A DNA stretch of 64,000 nucleotides, from positions 928,001-992,000 of the forward strand of contig CBDFIQ010000002.1 of the NCBI GenBank assembly GCA_965248195.1, given 5' to 3'. A program made the translations under genes and the position numbers. This DNA is from Longimicrobiales bacterium (GTDB taxonomy: Bacteria > Gemmatimonadota > Gemmatimonadetes > Longimicrobiales > Gaopeijiaceae). Under the pieces are notes generated by a model. The model did not search any database and was not told the DNA's origin. It was given only the letters and a program-made list of their open reading frames with translations. Shown one piece after another: positions 58,981 through 64,000 of the stretch. Every line of letters begins with the position of its first letter. Positions within the stretch are counted from its first letter, which is position 1.

Positions 58981-60024
58981 ATGAAGAAAGCACTCATCAC
59001 GGGTATCACGGGGCAGGACGGTTCCTACCTGGCGGAGCTCTTACTTGAGAAAGGATATGAAGTCCACGGCATCATCCGCCGCGCTTCGCTTTTCAATACG
59101 GCCCGCATCGACCACCTGTACGCCGATCCCCACGAGTCCGGCGTCCGACTGAAACTCCATCATGGAGATCTTACGGACACCTCGGTGCTAAGGAGGGTCA
59201 TCGAGTCCATCCAACCGGATGAGGTCTACCACCTTGGTGCTCAGTCACACGTTAAGGTGTCCTTCCAGGCCCCTCTCTACACGGGCGATGTGGTTGCCCT
59301 TGGCACGCTCCGGATCTTAGAGGCTGTGCGTGATTACTCCGATCGGACGGGCAACCCGGTAAGGATCTACAATGCCGGATCATCGGAGATGTTTGGTGCG
59401 TCTCCGCCACCCCAGAATGAGATGACTCCGTTTTATCCTCGAAGTCCTTATGCGGCCAGCAAAGTTGCCGGGCATCACTATGCGGTTAACTATCGTGAGG
59501 CTTACGGTATCTTTGCCACGAATGGGATTCTTTTCAATCACGAGTCTCCCAGGCGGGGGGAAACGTTCGTTACCCGGAAGATCACGAGAGCTGTGACCCG
59601 CATTCACCTCGGGCTTCAGAAAACACTGTATCTCGGGAATCTTGACGCGAAACGCGACTGGGGGTTTGCTGGTGATTACGTGAAGGCAATGTGGAAAATG
59701 CTCCAGCATGAAGAGCCCAAGGATTTTGTCGTTGCGACCGGGAACTCTTATTCGGTGAGAGATTTTGTCATAAGGTCGTTCGATAGCCTGGGTATGGACT
59801 GGGAGGAGTACGTTGAGATCGATCCTCGACACTTTCGGCCGACGGAGGTCGATCACCTTGAGGGGGACTTCACTCGGGCAAGAGAGGTCTTGGGTTGGGT
59901 CCCCGAGACCTCCTTTGATGAGTTGGTTGGGATGATGATAGAGTCGGACCTGGAACTCGCTAGCAGGGAGAAGGTGCTAATGGAGGCGGGGCATGAGGTT
60001 CCCCAGGTACGAGCAGACATGTGA
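58981..60024 (+). CDS. gmd: GDP-mannose 4,6-dehydratase
   Basis: [59 protein letters not shown]. Confidence 0.97.
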   Translation: MKKALITGITGQDGSYLAELLLEKGYEVHGIIRRASLFNTARIDHLYADPHESGVRLKLHHGDLTDTSVLRRVIESIQPDEVYHLGAQSHVKVSFQAPLYTGDVVALGTLRILEAVRDYSDRTGNPVRIYNAGSSEMFGASPPPQNEMTPFYPRSPYAASKVAGHHYAVNYREAYGIFATNGILFNHESPRRGETFVTRKITRAVTRIHLGLQKTLYLGNLDAKRDWGFAGDYVKAMWKMLQHEEPKDFVVATGNSYSVRDFVIRSFDSLGMDWEEYVEIDPRHFRPTEVDHLEGDFTRAREVLGWVPETSFDELVGMMIESDLELASREKVLMEAGHEVPQVRADM

Positions 60025-60956
60025 ACATCGACGATCCCGTCTTTGTGGCTGGCCACCGCGGCCTCGTCGGGTCGGCCATCGTCCGGAGGTTGAGGGAAGA
60101 TGGATACGAGAATCTGATGCTTCGAACCCGTGACGAAGTAGACCTTCGACACGGCCCGAATGTCAGAGAGCTACTTGAGTCACAACGGCCCAAGTACGTG
60201 TTTCTGGCCGCCGCCCAGGTGGGGGGGATTCTGGCCAACGCCACCTACCCAGCTGATTTCATTCGCGACAACCTCCGCATACAGGTCTCGGTGATCGAAG
60301 CGGCGCGGGCGGTTGGCGTGAAGAAGCTGCTCTTTCTCGGTAGTTCCTGCATCTATCCGAAACAGGCGCGGCAGCCTATGGCCGAAACGGAGTTGTTGGC
60401 CGGATATCTAGAGCCAACTAATGATGCCTACGCGATCGCAAAGATTGCCGGCATAAAGATGGTCCAGGCCTACAACCAGCAGTACGGGACCGACTATATC
60501 TCCATCATGCCTGCTAATCTCTATGGGCCGGGCGACAATTTCGATCTGGAAACGAGCCACGTGTTGCCAGCGCTTATCCGCAAGGTGCACGAGGCTAAAA
60601 TGGCGGGGCAGTTGGACGTCCAAGTCTGGGGCACAGGGAAACCGCGGCGCGAATTCCTCTTCGTTGACGATCTTGCCGAGGCGTGCCTTTTCCTAATGCG
60701 AAACTACTCTAGTTCCGAGATCATCAACGTCGGGGTTGGAGAGGAGATCAGCATCGCGGCCCTCGCGAGACTAGTGGCTGAGGTTATCGGGTACGAGGGG
60801 GACTTCACGTTTGACGCAAGCAAACCAGATGGGACTCTTCGGAAGCTACTTGATGTGTCTAGAATCCGGTCCCTGGGATGGAGAGCTTCGACAGGTCTGC
60901 GTCAGGGAATCGCCTCGACCTACGATTGGTACCTCCGTGAGGACATCCCTGCCTGA
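60021..60956 (+). CDS. fcl: GDP-L-fucose synthase
   Basis: [55 protein letters not shown]. Confidence 0.96.
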   Translation: MNIDDPVFVAGHRGLVGSAIVRRLREDGYENLMLRTRDEVDLRHGPNVRELLESQRPKYVFLAAAQVGGILANATYPADFIRDNLRIQVSVIEAARAVGVKKLLFLGSSCIYPKQARQPMAETELLAGYLEPTNDAYAIAKIAGIKMVQAYNQQYGTDYISIMPANLYGPGDNFDLETSHVLPALIRKVHEAKMAGQLDVQVWGTGKPRREFLFVDDLAEACLFLMRNYSSSEIINVGVGEEISIAALARLVAEVIGYEGDFTFDASKPDGTLRKLLDVSRIRSLGWRASTGLRQGIASTYDWYLREDIPA

Positions 60957-60974
60957 GGGTTGGGGTCAGGCAAT

Positions 60975-61284
60975 GGAAGCAAAGCGCCGGTTCGGTGATC
61001 GCATCGAGTTGTGCGAAGACGATTATGCCGCTCTGGAGGGTGCGAGCGCCCTGGTCATCCACACCGAGTGGAACCCATACCGGCGTCCGGATTTCGATCG
61101 CATGAAGGCCGCGATGGCGCAGCCGCTCGTGTTCGACGGGCGAAACCTCTACGATCCGCGGCGTATGGCCGAGCTTGGTTTCGAGTATCATTCGGTGGGG
61201 CGGGCACCTGCGGGGGTCGGCTGAGGGCGGAGCAAGGGTAGAGCCGTCCCCTCCGGACATCGTCTTGCCGCGAAGATTTCCTTA
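60975..61284 (+). repeat. 310-bp direct repeat copy 2 (orphan ugd 3' end)
   Basis: Encodes EAKRRFGDRIEL...GRAPAGVG without the rest of ugd. Confidence 0.95.
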
Positions 61285-61408
61285 CCTTGGCGCAAGCGGG
61301 AGCGAACGCGTAGCATGGGGGGCATGAAGCCAGGATCTGGATCTCCGGATCAGGATCTCCGGATGACGAGCGTGGAGGAGCGTTTGGATCACCGAGAAGC
61401 CGACTGAC

Positions 61409-64000
<2,592 letters not shown>

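Noticed and set aside
61330..61366. Short GGATCTCCGGAT iterations upstream of uxs
   Set aside because: Too short and irregular to assign a function

Overview
A single large, mosaic surface-polysaccharide (capsule/EPS) locus from a GC-rich bacterium. The Wzi/SLBB/Wzz gene style suggests Gemmatimonadota, but that is an unverified impression. Layout: (i) export/assembly head (Wza-like, Wzi, sulfotransferase-like, Wzz); (ii) a + strand nonulosonic-acid block resembling the GDP-linked legionaminic acid route (neuB, neuC, CBS-nucleotidyltransferase, LegB-like, neuA, KpsS-like, methyltransferases, two ParB/Srx-like paralogs); (iii) an AT-richer ABC flippase plus an asnB-like amidotransferase split by an intact IS256 with an 8-bp target duplication; (iv) a - strand block with a second neuABC set interleaved with ACP, acyl-AMP ligase, FabG-like SDR, GNAT, deacetylase and 2-hydroxyacid dehydrogenase, then Wzy and glycosyl/methyltransferases; (v) WecA-like initiator, two KpsD-like SLBB exporters (one frameshifted), a decayed pseudogene stretch and an IS3; (vi) nucleotide-sugar genes (epimerase, ugd, gmd, fcl) and a UDP-glucuronate decarboxylase carrying a 473-aa LAGLIDADG intein. 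Four small gene cassettes are each bracketed by diverged direct repeats of neighbouring gene ends. No rRNA, tRNA or CRISPR array was seen. All calls are from motif recognition by eye, with no database searches.
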